NCBI RefSeq assembly: GCF_041956535.1
Contig: NW_027192198.1
Coordinates: forward strand, 779,311-843,310
DNA length: 64,000 nucleotides
From: Calcarisporiella thermophila CBS 279.70
Lineage: Eukaryota > Fungi > Calcarisporiellomycota
Reading direction: 5' to 3'
Shown here: piece after piece, positions 25,495 through 38,963 of the stretch
Layout: every line of letters begins with the position of its first letter
Position numbering within the stretch: the first letter of the stretch is position 1
Notes under the pieces: generated by a model
The model's database searches: none
What the model was told of the DNA's origin: nothing
What the model saw: only the letters and a program-made list of their open reading frames with translations
Position numbers and translations under genes: made by a program

Positions 25495-26115
25495 ATGCGG
25501 CCCATTGTTGCTCTCCTTATTTCATCTTTGTTTACTTTTGCGTATGCCTTCGACATCAATACCGTGGATAATTCCACTCGCGCTCTGTTCCCGACCTGGT
25601 GCACTCATCAAAAAGCATCGTGCGAGAACATTTGCTATGAGAATGGCCTGACGACGCAAGCCAATAACTGCGATGACAAGACTCTCGCGTACCACTGCAT
25701 CTGCAGCAACGGCCTCGCGCCGAATTCTTCGCAATACACTCAAACGATTCCCTACTTCATATGCACGACAGATCGCGAGGACTGTATTCGTGGATGCAAA
25801 ATAGCTGATGCCACCTGTGTGGCACAGTGCCATGCTAGAGCCAACTGCACTGCAACCGAGCCGAAAAAGTAAATATCCCTTCATTAATGTTAAGCACACA
25901 ATGGGGCTGATTCCGACATCTTGTTTTTTAGATACAATCGCACTAGCACTAGCACCATTGGCATGGGAACCCCCAGCAGCGTCAACCCCGCCAATAATCC
26001 AACCTCCACTAAGCCATCGGGTATCTTTGCTCAGAGCGATTCGGCTTCCTCCGGCATCAATATCGGGTTTGTGGTGTTTTTGAGCGCTGCGGTGTTCTTC
26101 TTCAGTCATTTCTAG
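25495..26115 (+). CDS. Secreted Cys-rich, probably GPI-anchored cell-surface protein
   Basis: Signal peptide, 10-Cys domain (WC..Q..SC..IC...NNC....L.Y.CIC.NG..P...Y..TIPYFIC), intron ~25869-25932, Ser/Thr/Pro stalk and hydrophobic C-terminus. Confidence 0.8.
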
Positions 26116-27593
26116 ACAATCCGTCTCGGCCGTGTAGAATATCACTCCCCCCAAAATGTCTACGACTCTTGCACGTTTAAGCTTATATATATACTATGCT
26201 TATTCTCTTTTACCTATTTCATTAATGGTCGTTCACATAATTCTCTACTTATATATCAAGATATTTTCCAGAAACTATTTTATTTCTATTTCTATATCTA
26301 TCTCTATTTCTATTTTATATTCTCTATTTACGCAACTTAACATATGCCTTCTTTTCTCCTCCTTAATACGTTTATATTCGACCAGGCCCTTATTTTCCCC
26401 CCCACTTATGACGTTCCACTCTGACTGTCTCTAAAGCATCGTCTTCAAATAAAAAAAAATAAACCCCTTGACTTACTTATTTATCCATGCTTGCTCCACG
26501 ATGAAATCTTGAGTAGTATAGCCGCATTCCATGCATGACGGCACCAACCTAAGATGAGTAAATTATGATTTTGCGGAAAAGCCCATCTAAGACCTTTCAG
26601 AATAGCGGCCTGCCTACTAGCAATGGTCCGGCGTTCCGATCCCTGTCCTCTTTGTCATAGTTTGTCAGGCACTTATGCCGTAATATGTTTGCTGCCCCTT
26701 GCATGAACCGTCCTCCCAAACCACAGTTGCGTGCAGTGTTCAGACCAATGCAAACAAGCGCTGAAAATAGGAATCAGCATTCGACATTGCCCAGGACGGA
26801 GAGATGCAGAGCCTGAAATGTCATGCCTGGCCGTCCCAAGTAAGGTTCTGCTTGCTCCGGGATATAGTTGAGTCATTGCCGAATTTGCCCATCCAGGCTT
26901 TCATTTAGAGACGTCTGGTTCAACAAGCCCTGCCACAGCCAGGTCCACCGACTCGTTTCTCAAGGCCATCGACAGATATAGAAGAATTCCGTCTTGTTTT
27001 ACCTGACAAGGCAATAGACCGACCTTTAGAATAGTGAATTTAACCCGAGAATCTCTGAAACTAAGACTAAGGAAATCCCAGAAATCTGTGGAGGGCAAAG
27101 TTGAAGGGGAGGGGGGGGGGGCGGCGAAAGTCATAGGGAAGCCAGAGAAGGAGGGGGAAATTGGGCGAGAACAAGCAGGTCTATAGGTGCCGCGGTGGGC
27201 CGAGCTTGATCGTAGAGCTGGGAGGAGAGGGAGGGATGGGAGGCGGAATACGACTCCGAGGCGCAGGACGGGCAGTTGGGCTGTGGCTTCTGGATTCGGT
27301 ATGAAGAGAGCTGAAAAAGGGAGAAGATCCCGTCTTTTCAAGAAGAGCAAATGCTGGCGAGGATTCCTCTGGGCATCTTCCGTTTGACACACACTCTGAG
27401 TCATTTGAGTCAAGGCAAATTTGATATCCGAGGATACTAAGCGAAATTACTCCTCGTGAAATTTTGAAAGTGGATTTCCTTATGCTCACCAATGAAAATT
27501 CTATAAACGGGAGGGGGGTCTCGTAAACATAAATTTTCCTTGGACTTTCTTTATTTTCCTTACTCTTTTGGATTTTTTTTCCATCACTGAAAG

Positions 27594-29431
27594 ATGTTGA
27601 CTGCTCTCAACCATTTTACCAAGGCTTGCCCTTTCCTCAATAAGACCTCGGTCTCCACTCTGAGAAGCCTCTCGACGAAGCCCGCCATGGGCGAGAGTGG
27701 CATGACCAATGCGCTCCTCTCGGCCGCAGAACGATGCCCCGTGATGCACAAGGCCCTCGTTGCCCGCCAGTGCGCTCATGTCTCCACCACCTCGCGGGCG
27801 GCGAAACCCGTCTCCTCCCGGGTCAATGCTGCCGCTGTCAACGAATCCTCCCCATTCATGCAACCTGTGCTGGGGACGAAGGCGGTCGAGGGTAATCATC
27901 TAGCAGTTTATCAGGAATGATGATAGGCCATGTACACTTAATTAATTGACATTCCAATAGCTTGCCCTGCGCATCAAGCCAAAGCATCGTCGACATTCGA
28001 CTATGAGGCCTTCTACAACGAAGAGATCGAGAAGAAGCACAAGGACAAGAGCTATCGCTACTTCAACAATATCAACCGGCTTGCCCAGGAGTTTCCCCGT
28101 GCGCACACGGTCAACGAGAAGGATCGTGTCACCGTGTGGTGCAGCAACGACTACTTGGGCATGGGGCGTCATCCGATGGTGGTCGATTCGATGAAGTGAG
28201 TTGCTTTTGGATGGATGTGCGATCATCCCCATCCTCCTCCCCCTCCCGATGGCTGACCTTCTCTTTGCGTCTGCATCACAGGAAAACGCTCGATCGCTAT
28301 GGTGCTGGCGCTGGTGGGACACGAAACATTGCCGGCAATGCCGCCCTTCACTTAAATTTGGAACGTGAGCTTGCTAGCCTTCACCGCAAGGAGTCCGCGC
28401 TCGTTTTCAGCTCTTGCTACGTGGCCAACGACGCCACCCTCAGCACCCTGGCCTCGAAACTTCCCGGATGTGTGATATTTTCCGACGCCTCCAACCACGC
28501 CTCCATGATCCAGGGGATTCGCCACTCGGGGGCTCGCAAAATGATCTTCCGGCACAACGATCTGGAGCACTTGGAGCAGCTTCTCCAGTCGGTGGATCTG
28601 CACGTCCCCAAGATTATCGCCTTCGAGTCGGTCTATTCGATGTGCGGCTCCGTGGGGCCGATCCGAGAAATATGCCAGCTGGCTAAGAAGTATGGTGCCA
28701 TCACCTTCTTGGATGAGGTGCATGCGGTGGGAATGTACGGCCCCCGGGGGGCGGGTGTTGCTGAACACTTGGACTATGAGATGAATGCGGCTTGTCCGCT
28801 GCCCAAGCCGGGCTCCGCCCTGGACATGGTCGACATTGTGACGGGCACGCTTGGAAAGGCCTACGGTGTGGTCGGCGGGTACATCGCTGCCTCCGCCTCG
28901 CTTGTCGACATGATTCGCTCCTACGCGCCCGGCTTTATCTTCACCACCTCGCTGCCGCCATCGGTGGTGGCCGGTGCGCTCACCTCGGTTCGATATCTGA
29001 AAGAGTCGCAGGTGGAGCGCCGCATGCAGCAGCTCAACACCCGCGAGTTGAAGCAGCGTCTGGCGGACCTTGACATCCCCGTGGTCCCGGGGCCGTCCCA
29101 CATCGTGCCCGTCCTGGTCGGGGAGGCCGAGGTGTGCCGATTTGCCTCGGACCAGCTCTTGCACGACCACAACATCTACGTGCAGGCCATCAACTATCCC
29201 ACGGTGGCCCGGGGCGAGGAGCGCCTGCGCATCACGCCCACCCCGGGACACACCCCCGAGATGATGGACCAGCTGGTGGACGCTCTGGTGGACATCTGGA
29301 AGCGCAACAGCCTGAAGAAGGTGAGCGACTGGCGCTTGGAGGGCGGTCGCGCCAATGTGGGCGTCCAGGGCCAGGAGGTGAGGCCGGTGTGGACGGAGGA
29401 GCAGCTGCAGGTACAACCCTGCGCCGCCTAA
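27594..29431 (+). CDS. HEM1: 5-aminolevulinate synthase, mitochondrial
   Basis: FDYEAFY...[57 protein letters not shown]; three exons. Confidence 0.96.
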
Positions 29432-30109
29432 GAGGGGCCTCGCTCCAACCTCACGGCCGACTTGCCCGGCTTCCCACCACGAAATTAATTATGTAGTCCA
29501 TACCTCCATGTTTTGTTGGTTTTGTTTAATTATCCTCCCCCCTCTTTTCAATGGCAATGCAAAAAGATAGTAATATTTTAAAAAAAATCAGAAAATGTTT
29601 TGATATATAGTTTGACATGGCCCCCTGCATGTTTTTTTAAGTTTTCTCTTTTGAATGGCCCACGAGAATTGCTTGAGCACATAATAAATTGAAATTAATG
29701 CAGATAGCCATGCCCCTCCTACGAAGCCATGAGTAGAACGAAAAGAATCCATGCAACTTAAAAACTGAATCAACATATATATATTATATATGTATATATA
29801 GATTTAGGGGCATAGTGCGTAGAGACAGGATAAGATAAAAAAGAGAATTTGAACATATATAATAATATTGTACTAATTGGGAAGATAAAAAAAAATTATT
29901 ATGTATATTGAAAAGCCATAGAAAAAAAGTATTGCGGATTAGGCTGAATAGAAGGGTCAAAATAAATACGAGAGATTAGGTGATAAGGGGGTCAGAGAAC
30001 CTAGTCCATACTGATGAACAAGAGGCGAAAAAAAAACAAGGAGAAAAGCAGGTTGAAAGGGGAAAAAAAAAGGCGAGAGAATATACATGCATAGAAAAAA
30101 GATTGCTAG

Positions 30110-32205
30110 TTAAATATACCAAGTCTTTGGACGATAATACCCGTTATTCGAGGTGTCATAGTCGAACGAGGAATCCACCAGCCCACTCGGCCCACGATCT
30201 GTGGCATGGATGGAAGTCTGCCCAGAGCTTCCAAAAAGCGACTCTGAGGACGTTGCATGCCACCGCTCCAACCACCGACGTAGCCAAAACCGCCGCTTAC
30301 CGCCGGTGCTTTCCGCGGCCTCGCTGCCCGTCCGCTCCAGCCGGAGGCAGACGAAGGGCCGCTCCATAGGATCTGGAGGGGTGCTCTCGTACAGCCGGTC
30401 GGCCCAGCCTTGATAGATCTCGTCCAACACCCGCTCCACCTCCGGCATGGCCATCCCGGGCATGTTGGTGTCCTCATCGCCCTCTTTCAGGCTACGCTCA
30501 AAACTCGGGCGTGTGGTCGCCTCCCAGCTGCGCACGCACTCTCTTGCGTACTCCATATCGGTCAATTGCCCCCGCTCAAATGCTTCCCAGGCCGGTTGCG
30601 CTTGCCAGATCACATGGAAGTCTCGCACCCTCCACAGATGACACAGCTCCAGTAGCGTTTCCTTCGTTTCCCGAATGGTTCTGCAATGGTAAGGGAGAGT
30701 CATCCTCAGCATCTGCTCTCGGGTGAGGCGCCCCGCAGCTACCATGGCCCGGAGCGCCTCCTCCAGCGCCTGCACCATCTCGACGCATGCTGCTCCGCTC
30801 TCCGACGCGGATGGAAAAACAATGACCAATTGGCCTCCAGGAAGGAACTCAGCAGCACGCAAGTATAGGAATGTCAAAAGGTCGTCGTGGGCCCGTCGCT
30901 CGAAATGCAAGCGTTCAATGGGGGACACCTCCGTTGAGAAGGAAAAGACGCTGGATTTTAGGGTGGTGGGCAGCGTGGAGAGGAACTGAAGGGAGGAGAT
31001 GGAGAACCCCAGGTGAAGGTATTGATCTAAAGCACGAAAAGGGGGCGAGTTCACACCCAAATATGAATCTCTTTACCCACCTACCGATATCTCTCCCTCA
31101 AAGGGCCATCTCTTACCTGGGAAGAGCCGGCGAACCAGCGATCGCCCAATGACATGCGGAAACACATTGGAGCGCATCATCGGCTGTCTCAAACTCGACA
31201 CCGACTCTGCTCGCCTGCTTCGAACGGAGACCGTTTTCTCCGTCGTCGTGCTCCGCGACAGCCTCTTCATCTCGCTCGAGGCGGTATCCTCGTCTTCGCG
31301 ACCTTCCCTCCGTTTCTCCTTCTTGTCGGATCCATCCGCCTCGGAGTCCCTCTCCTCTTGCTCCTCATCCCTCTCTTTTTCCGGTTCCTCCAGGATGGCT
31401 TGCGGCGTTTTCAGGGGCTTTCGACCCATGGCCCCCGGTGATTTCACCGACATCTCTGCGTCTTCCTTCGGGGCCGTCTCCTCATCCTCCGACGGCGAGA
31501 AATAAATGGCGGGCGACTTTTTCTTTCTTCTTGTGGGGCTTCCGACCTCGCTCGCATCTGTTTCACTCGAGTAGTCCACGTGCCGGAATTCCTTAGGTGG
31601 GGTTCGCGGCGGCAGGGCACCCAGACTCAGGGAGCGCTGGTTTCGCGAGAACCTGTTAGGAGGAGTATCTTGGGGTTTACGAAAGTAGGAGAGATAGCTT
31701 CTTGATGGTCTGGAGAGTAGGCTGTTGGGGCAAGGGGAGAAGGGAATAAAAGGAGGGAGGTTCAGTCTACCAGCGTTGGGCAATGTAAGGACCGTGATGC
31801 AGCGTATTTACTTGAAGAGAGAGGAGAAGTCTGTTTGCGGGGTATCTACATGCGAAACTACAAAGAAGGGCTGAGGCAGTGATTGGCGCTTCCGCAGTTT
31901 TCCGGAATGGGCCCGAACAAAGCGGCTCTCGAGGTGAGGGAGGGCCTCAGCTACGGCTGCCATTCCATTCATGCCTGTTCCCATTCCTGCGATGAGGAGG
32001 GGTGGTCACTGCATGTTAATGTAAACAAACAAGGTTGCCAACGCTTACCAAACTCTGCGATCTGGAAGGTGTTGTCGTCCTCTCTCGGGAGCGGGCAGCT
32101 GTCGGCTATTTTCCAAATGTCAGTGACCAAGATTGGACCTCAGCAAACAACATGGAGACACAGACCTGCCCTTCGAATGGCGGGTAGAATACTGATCATA
32201 GTCAT
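30110..32205 (-). CDS. SABATH-like SAM-dependent carboxyl methyltransferase with a large charged insertion
   Basis: Spliced motifs FQIAEFGMGTGMNG, HVDTPQTDFSSLF, VFPHVIGRSLVRRLFP, HLGFSISSLQFLS, DLLTFLYLRAAEFLPGGQLV, LPYHCRT. These match the methyltransferase_7 motif order; start uncertain. Confidence 0.7.
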
Positions 32206-33203
32206 TTGGAATGAAGGGCTAGAAAATGGTACACAACAATACAGGGGGGAGGGGGAAGTAAACAGGGCGATAGATTACTCAGCCGGAAGTCAATGACTCG
32301 TAGGGCAGAACGAAGCTGAAAACGGAGGAGAAAGGGGAGGAGGGGAGGCGAGGACGGGCGGAGGTAAAGACCAAAACCTGCTGAGCGGTGGCCAACAACA
32401 CACAAAAAATTATGGAGCTGAAATAGGGAAACACGTTGCAAAAAGTGGAAGAAGGGGCGAAAGACATCGATTTCCTTCCACGGCCGCGCTTTCGACAGTT
32501 TATAAAAGTCGCGGGAGCAGGGCAGGTTGTTTGTCCTCATAAAAGCTGCAAGTTCGCTAATATAGCATAGATTGGGCTCTTTAGCAAGGATTTTAGGGTT
32601 TATTGCCTGCCATTACTCAAAAATTCGGATGATGACGATGCAGGGAGGCCGAGAGGGTGAAGCCCCATGGTGCGCATCCGCTGAGCTCAGCGCCCAGCTG
32701 CCTTGAGTGGTATCAGGCCGTCCCCTCCCATGGGGCTTGGTCCCATACGAGCCTGAGGTTGTTCAAATAATATACAATGCCCTTCCCACGGCGGTCCCAT
32801 AGTGCTTCTCCTTCTCATGGTCGCCCTATTTAATGCATTTATATAATCCCATGCGTTTGCTCGCCGCAACAGTCCAAAAAAAAGCGGATGTATGCGCCCC
32901 TGGCACTACAAGCTGCAGCGCATTTTATTTATTTTTCGTTCTGCTGGTAAATTCAACCTACCTATTGTGTATAAAATAAGCCATCATCGTAATTAGCCAA
33001 TATGGGTGGCAAATAGAGTTGATTGGGATATGACGAAGACGGTGTTGAGGGCAGGTGGCTCCGAGCCTGTCCTGCCCCTACCCTACGCGTCTATCGAATC
33101 CTATCGAAAGAGTGTGGAAGGAGAAACGCGAAAAGGTTTGAACATCCATCCATCCATCCATCTTCTTTTATCGAGACGCGTGCACCCCAATATATAAAAG
33201 AAA

Positions 33204-35316
33204 ATGGCACAGGCAGCAGCAGCAGCACCAGCTCCCCAGCAACAGCAGGTCTTCAAAGACAAGGAGAAGCCTACCGAGGTACGGCTTAGCAACATCCTGG
33301 CAGCCAAAGGTAGATCCATCTCGGCTTTAATCTATGGCATCTGTGCGCTTAACTGTGTTTTTGCTGCTTAGCTGTCGCCGATGCCGTGCGCACTTCGCTT
33401 GGTCCGAGGGGAATGGACAAGATGGTAAGCCTGATCTGGCTCTCGGTTTTATGCAGGGAGATCTAACGAAATCCGCGAATATTCACTTAACAGATCAAGA
33501 CTGGCAACGGCGAGGTGGTGATCACCAACGATGGAGCAACTATTCTTAAACACATGTCGGTTCTTCATCCGGCCGCAAAAATGGTGCGCCCTTGACCACA
33601 CAATATGGACTAACTCTTGATGATCCATGTTTTACTCACATTGAATATTCTTTTAGTTGGTCGATTTGTCCGCTGCTCAAGATGTGGAGGCTGGCGATGG
33701 CACAACATCGGTGGTTGTCTTGGCGGGTAGTTTGCTTTCAGCAGCCGAAAAAATGCTGGCAAAAGGTAACCTTCTCAGCATTCCATCCTTTTCGTCCACG
33801 AATGCTAATTCGTGTTTATTTAAGGAATTCACCCCACCACCATCGCTGAATCCTTCCAGCGTGCCGCCCAGAAATCTGTAGAATACCTCACCGACATGGC
33901 TACCAAGCTTGAACTGTCCGACCGTGAATCCATGCTCAGGGCAGCAAGTACCTCCCTTAACTCTAAAGTAAACCTCCATCTAAGAATTCGGGCATTTCCA
34001 ATTTTTTCTAAATTTCCCCTTCTTCTCAGGTCGTCTCGCAATATTCCTCGCTTTTAGCGCCTATTGCTGTGGATGCAGTCATGCGAGTGATTGATCCTAC
34101 CACGGCGACCAACGTCGATCTGAAAGATGTGCGCATTGTTAAGAAGGTTGGCGGAACCATCGACGACACCGAGCTAATTGACGGGCTAGTGTTGACACAG
34201 AACGTCATTAAAAGCGCAGGTGGGCCCACGCGGGTGGAGAAGGCCAAGATTGCCCTTGTACAATTCCAGCTCTCACCCCCCAAACCAGATGTAAGTGAAT
34301 CAATCCTCCTCCTCCTCCCTCCCCTCCCAAACAGAATATTGAATACTTTGTTGTTGTTTCAGATGGAGAATCAGATCATTGTGAACGATTACCGCCAGAT
34401 GGATAAGATCCTCAAGGAGGAGCGCCAGTACCTGCTCAACATTTGCAAAAAAATCAAAAAGGCCGGATGCAATGTTCTTCTCATCCAGAAATCGATTCTG
34501 CGTGACGCAGTGAACGATCTGTCGTTGCATTTCCTGGCGAAGCTGAAGATCCTCGTGGTCAAGGATATCGAACGCGACGAGGTCGAGTTCATCTGCAAGA
34601 GCACCGGATGCAAACCGATCGCCGACATTGACTCCTTCACCGAAGACAAGCTTGGATATGCAGAGCTGGTCGACGAGGCGGAATCGTCCGGCGCCAAAAT
34701 CCTCAAATTCACCGGGCTCAAGCAGGCACAGCCCCAACAGGGACGTACCGTCTCGGTATTATGTCGCGGGGCGAACCAGCTTGTGCTGGAGGAGGCGGAG
34801 CGCTCGCTCCACGACGCACTCTGCGTGGTCCGGTGTCTTGTCAAGAAGAAGGCCCTGATTGCCGGAGGAGGCGCTCCAGAGATTGAGATATCGCAACGGC
34901 TTATGGAGTATGCAAGGAGTCTTCCTCGCGGGATGGAGGCGTACTGCTTCCAGGCCTTTGCAGAAGCGCTAGAGGTCATTCCCACCACGCTTGCGGAGAA
35001 TGCGGGCTTGCATCCGATTGCGATCGTGACCGAGCTGCGAAACCGGCACGCAAAGGGGGAGAAGACGGCGGGGATCAACGTGCGCAAGGGCACCATCTCG
35101 AACATCTTGGACGAGAATGTGATCCAACCCCTGCTGGTGTCGACGAGCGCGATCGAGCTGGCTGCAGAGACGGTGAAAATGTTGCTGAAGATTGATGACT
35201 TGGTAAGTGCATCCTGTATCGAAATTGCTTCGACGTCACAGCCCAACCTAATATTCTTGCTTATTTTCTTTTTTCCCTTGCACGTTCTTCTCCGATATTA
35301 GGTGCAGACACGATAA
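33204..35316 (+). CDS. CCT4: Chaperonin CCT subunit delta
   Basis: [54 protein letters not shown]; multi-exon. Confidence 0.96.
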
Positions 35317-36352
35317 ACATGCTCACAAGGTATACGATAAGAAAACATTTTCTTTATTTCTAATTTTTTTTTATTTTATTTGCATTGAAAATATTCCTTG
35401 TTTTAGTTTTTTCTTCTCTTTCTGTTCGATAAACTGAAAATTTTAACTCTCAATATATGCAACCCTTCTAATTTCCCCCCTAAATCTGACCGAAGGTTTC
35501 TCGTCAACTCAAACAAGAGAGTTTTCCATACATAAATTACCCATGATTACTTTAGCATGTGGTGAGTGTCCCCGAGAGGGAAGGGCTTTTAGGTAAGAAG
35601 AAGAGGGAGAGCAAGAAAAAGAAGCTATTCATTAAGCAATGTAGATCAAAACGAGGATGTACCATCCCTCCCTGGCCTAAAATGGAGATAATTTGAATTG
35701 TATGAAGAGAGAGCGGCCATTGAACTCAATTCACCTTGCACCGGTTACCGGATGCATAGCAAGTGCAGAATCTAATGCTTGCTTCAGAGGACTAGCTTCT
35801 CCATGTCATCTGGGCAGGCTAGCTGCCGCGGGCTCTGTTAACAAGGCTGCTTCAGAAGATGGGTCACGGATGGCCGCGTCCAGCCCAGCCCTTGGCCAGT
35901 CTCCCCCGCGTGCAAACGGTCTAGGCCTTGGAGCAGGGTCCACAAAACCAAACTCGCCTAGATCATCGGGGTTCAAGGGGAAGGGAGTATTTCTTCCCTC
36001 CCCTCGACACAAGATGGATATAGGGTTTAGGTTAGAGGGGAGGGGAGATCGTGTCATAGTTTTCCACGCTTTCGTTCTTAGCTTTTCGGCCGCCGCTCCT
36101 AACATAATGTCCCTCCAAAGCAAGTAATCAGCGTGGCAATAGTTGCTCTCTCCCTATTATAGAAAAATTTCAGATTGAGTTGATACGTCACCCTCCGAAA
36201 TGAAGATATTCTCCGTCTTTCGATTCCAATGCACTTGGGGCTCAATCTCGTTACACATGCGAACTTTTCGGCGGCCGACCCAATGAGCGATTTTAGCCTC
36301 TGACTTAGCGAAAAAGGAGAACGGCAGACGCAGAAACTTCTCAATTAGTGCT

Positions 36353-36360
36353 TATATAAA
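36353..36360 (+). promoter_or_regulatory. TATA box of the metallothionein gene
   Basis: TATATAAA ~100 bp upstream of the metallothionein ATG. Confidence 0.55.
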
Positions 36361-36461
36361 GAGCGGCGGTCACCCCGCTTCTTCCCACCAACTCATCTTT
36401 ACTGAGCATCCTCCTTCACTAGCAAACAAATCAGCTCTCTCTAAACTCTCTCTCTCTCAAA

Positions 36462-36635
36462 ATGACCTGCCCTTGCAACTCCTCTGCCAACAACGCCTGC
36501 ACCTGCGCTGCCAATGCCTGCGCTTGCCAAAACTGCACCTGCACCAACTGCGCCTCCAAGACCAGCTGCAACTGCGGTGGCAGCAAGTCCTCATGCACAT
36601 GCGGCAGCAACTGCAAGTGCAGCACATGCCAGTAA
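36462..36635 (+). CDS. Metallothionein, 57 aa (absent from the ORF track)
   Basis: MTCPCNSSANNACTCAANACACQNCTCTNCASKTSCNCGGSKSSCTCGSNCKCSTCQ*: 16 Cys in CxC/CxxC motifs, no aromatic residues, all Cys codons TGC. Confidence 0.9.
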   Translation: MTCPCNSSANNACTCAANACACQNCTCTNCASKTSCNCGGSKSSCTCGSNCKCSTCQ

Positions 36636-37290
36636 GCCGCTGTGGTGGGCCTCACGCTCTTCCCATTGTCGAAGACCGGCGTTTGTTTCAACCTTATAAC
36701 GTTACCCATTTTGTTTGAGAAATAAATCATGTGTCTTTAATTTGTATAATAAACCTCCTCTTGATCCCTCATCCTTCTCGTTTGTCTTAAAGGTCTTGGG
36801 CGATGAAGCTCATTAGCAAATAAGCTGTACTAGCTATTAGAGAGATTCCGAAACTTATATCTGGAAGAAGCCCTGTCGGGCGTGTCTCGAGCCCCTGGCA
36901 GAGCCTGTAATCTTTCAGGTGATTGCATTAATTGATCTTTTTCTTGGTCGATTCAAAAGGATGACCATTCAGCACTTGAAAAGAAAAGAAAGGTGAATGT
37001 TTCCTTCTATGGAGAAATAGATATAGCTTTTTATTCAGTCTCTATTACTGTGGAAAAAACGCTTTCATGTATCAATAAGCTGAAATTCTGAGAAAGAGTA
37101 AAAATATTTATTATGAAATGAAAACGCGCTTCAATCAGTAAACCTTGAATTTGTTAGTTTGCCTCGAATCGGACGAATATCCTTCTTGTGGCTGATATTC
37201 AACTTAGAGAGAATGAGTGGCTTGGCTTCCGCCTTGAAATAGGATCTAAGTATTACTTCGCGCTGTGAACTGTGAAGGAAAAAAACAAGG

Positions 37291-38039
37291 ATGACGATGA
37301 ATCTCTCGCTCTACACCATCAAAGCAGTGCTCATTCTCGATAGCGATGGAAACAGAGTACTTGCGAAATATTACGGCAAGGATTATGCTTCCCTGAAGGA
37401 TCAAAAGGCATTTGAACGCTCGCTGTTTGATAAGACAAAACGATCGAGTGGTAATTTCCGATTCGCGTCCTCCTATTAGAGTATCGAGCAACGGGTAATG
37501 GACTAACTTATTTGTCACTTATAGCCGAGATCATTCTTTTCGATAACCACATTGTTTTATATCGCAATAACATCGATGTCTTTTTCTATGTCATCGGCTC
37601 ATTTGATGAAAATGAGCTTATCATCGCGTCTGCATTGAACACTTTTTACGAGGCCGTGTCCCTCCTTCTCAAGTACGAAAACCATACATTTAATTTTCTT
37701 TGATGAGATCTTTATTCATACTCCACTATTCTATATGTAGCCATCAGCTCGACAAGCGCTCCATCCTCGACAACCTGGATTTAGTCCTGCTAGCTCTAGA
37801 TGAAACTGTAGATGATGGGTAAATAGCACTTTTTATTAATCTTTTTTTTTTCCCACATTTTTGTCATCGCTAATTTTATCCTTTATTCGCTCAGAATTAT
37901 TCTCGAGACTGATCCTAACTATATTGTCTCGCGGGTTTCAAAACCTTCCGACACCGTCGACATTCCTCTCTCTGAGCAAACTCTGATGCAGGCAGTTCAG
38001 ACAGCACGCGAGCGCTTGGCCGGCTCTTTGATTAGATAG
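37291..38039 (+). CDS. RET3: Coatomer subunit zeta
   Basis: [64 protein letters not shown]; four exons. Confidence 0.93.
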
Positions 38040-38963
38040 AGCGGATCACTCTATGGCGTCTTGATTACCCATTCGTCTTTTATTTGCTCCTTGTTATATT
38101 TTCATTTTCTTGGGTATTCTTATCTGCGGGGCGATTTTTAGAGTTGAGTGAAAATTTTCCTCTTGTATCTCATATTCTTTTTCTCTCTTTTTTTTCGAGT
38201 AAAAAAATACTTTTTTCGCTTCATTAATCTATACAGGATTTATTTTGGTACTGGAGGCTATTTGGAGTTAACTATATAATAATGAAGGTATTATTATCGT
38301 AACTTGGCGATGTCTTAGGCTCATGTAGGGTTATCCAGATAAGAGCTCTCTTAAACACTTGCCTGATGATGATCTCCTGTGGGTATTCTTCATGCCACAG
38401 AAGAGGGAGAGGAACCAGTGACAGCTTGATCAAGGAACACCAAAATCTATACCGCATAATAGTAGAAATCTTGGGGTAGTGTATACTCTGGTCACTTAAC
38501 TAGTAACCTCTTTCCCCAAGGTCATTTGTCGCATCTTTCTATCCCCTTTCCTGAAGCTCCATATCCGTCATAATTTTTTCCATAAGTAAATAAATTTCCC
38601 ATAATCAAGATAATCCAATACATTGGCACTAAGGAGTGTCTGTCTCAGTTTCCCACTCCCCTCTTGGTTACTTGGTTAACTTTAGCCAGCATGGTCTTGT
38701 ATTTATATTTGGCAAGACCATTTATCCTCAAAATATTGACATTTAACACGACTACTTAGAGTCCTTGGGTTGGCCCCTTCCCTGGAGACAAATGTTTGGG
38801 TTGATAGAGTGGAGGACTAGCTAAAGGTGAGCAATGCTACATCATCAAAGTTTCATTTATTCGATTCTTAATTACACTTGCAAACAGGAAAATAGCTAAC
38901 TTGTCAAAGTCGTTAGCATCAGTATTGGAGGTCTCATCCACTTTGCCCAGGGATGTCACTTTA

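Noticed and set aside
28352-29416. Long antisense ORF over HEM1 (likewise 34389-35246, 43630-44652)
   Set aside because: Shadow of GC-rich, codon-biased sense genes.
35693-36127. Overlapping 105- and 144-aa ORFs between CCT4 and the metallothionein
   Set aside because: No recognisable motifs; likely GC-rich promoter DNA. A small gene cannot be excluded without RNA data.
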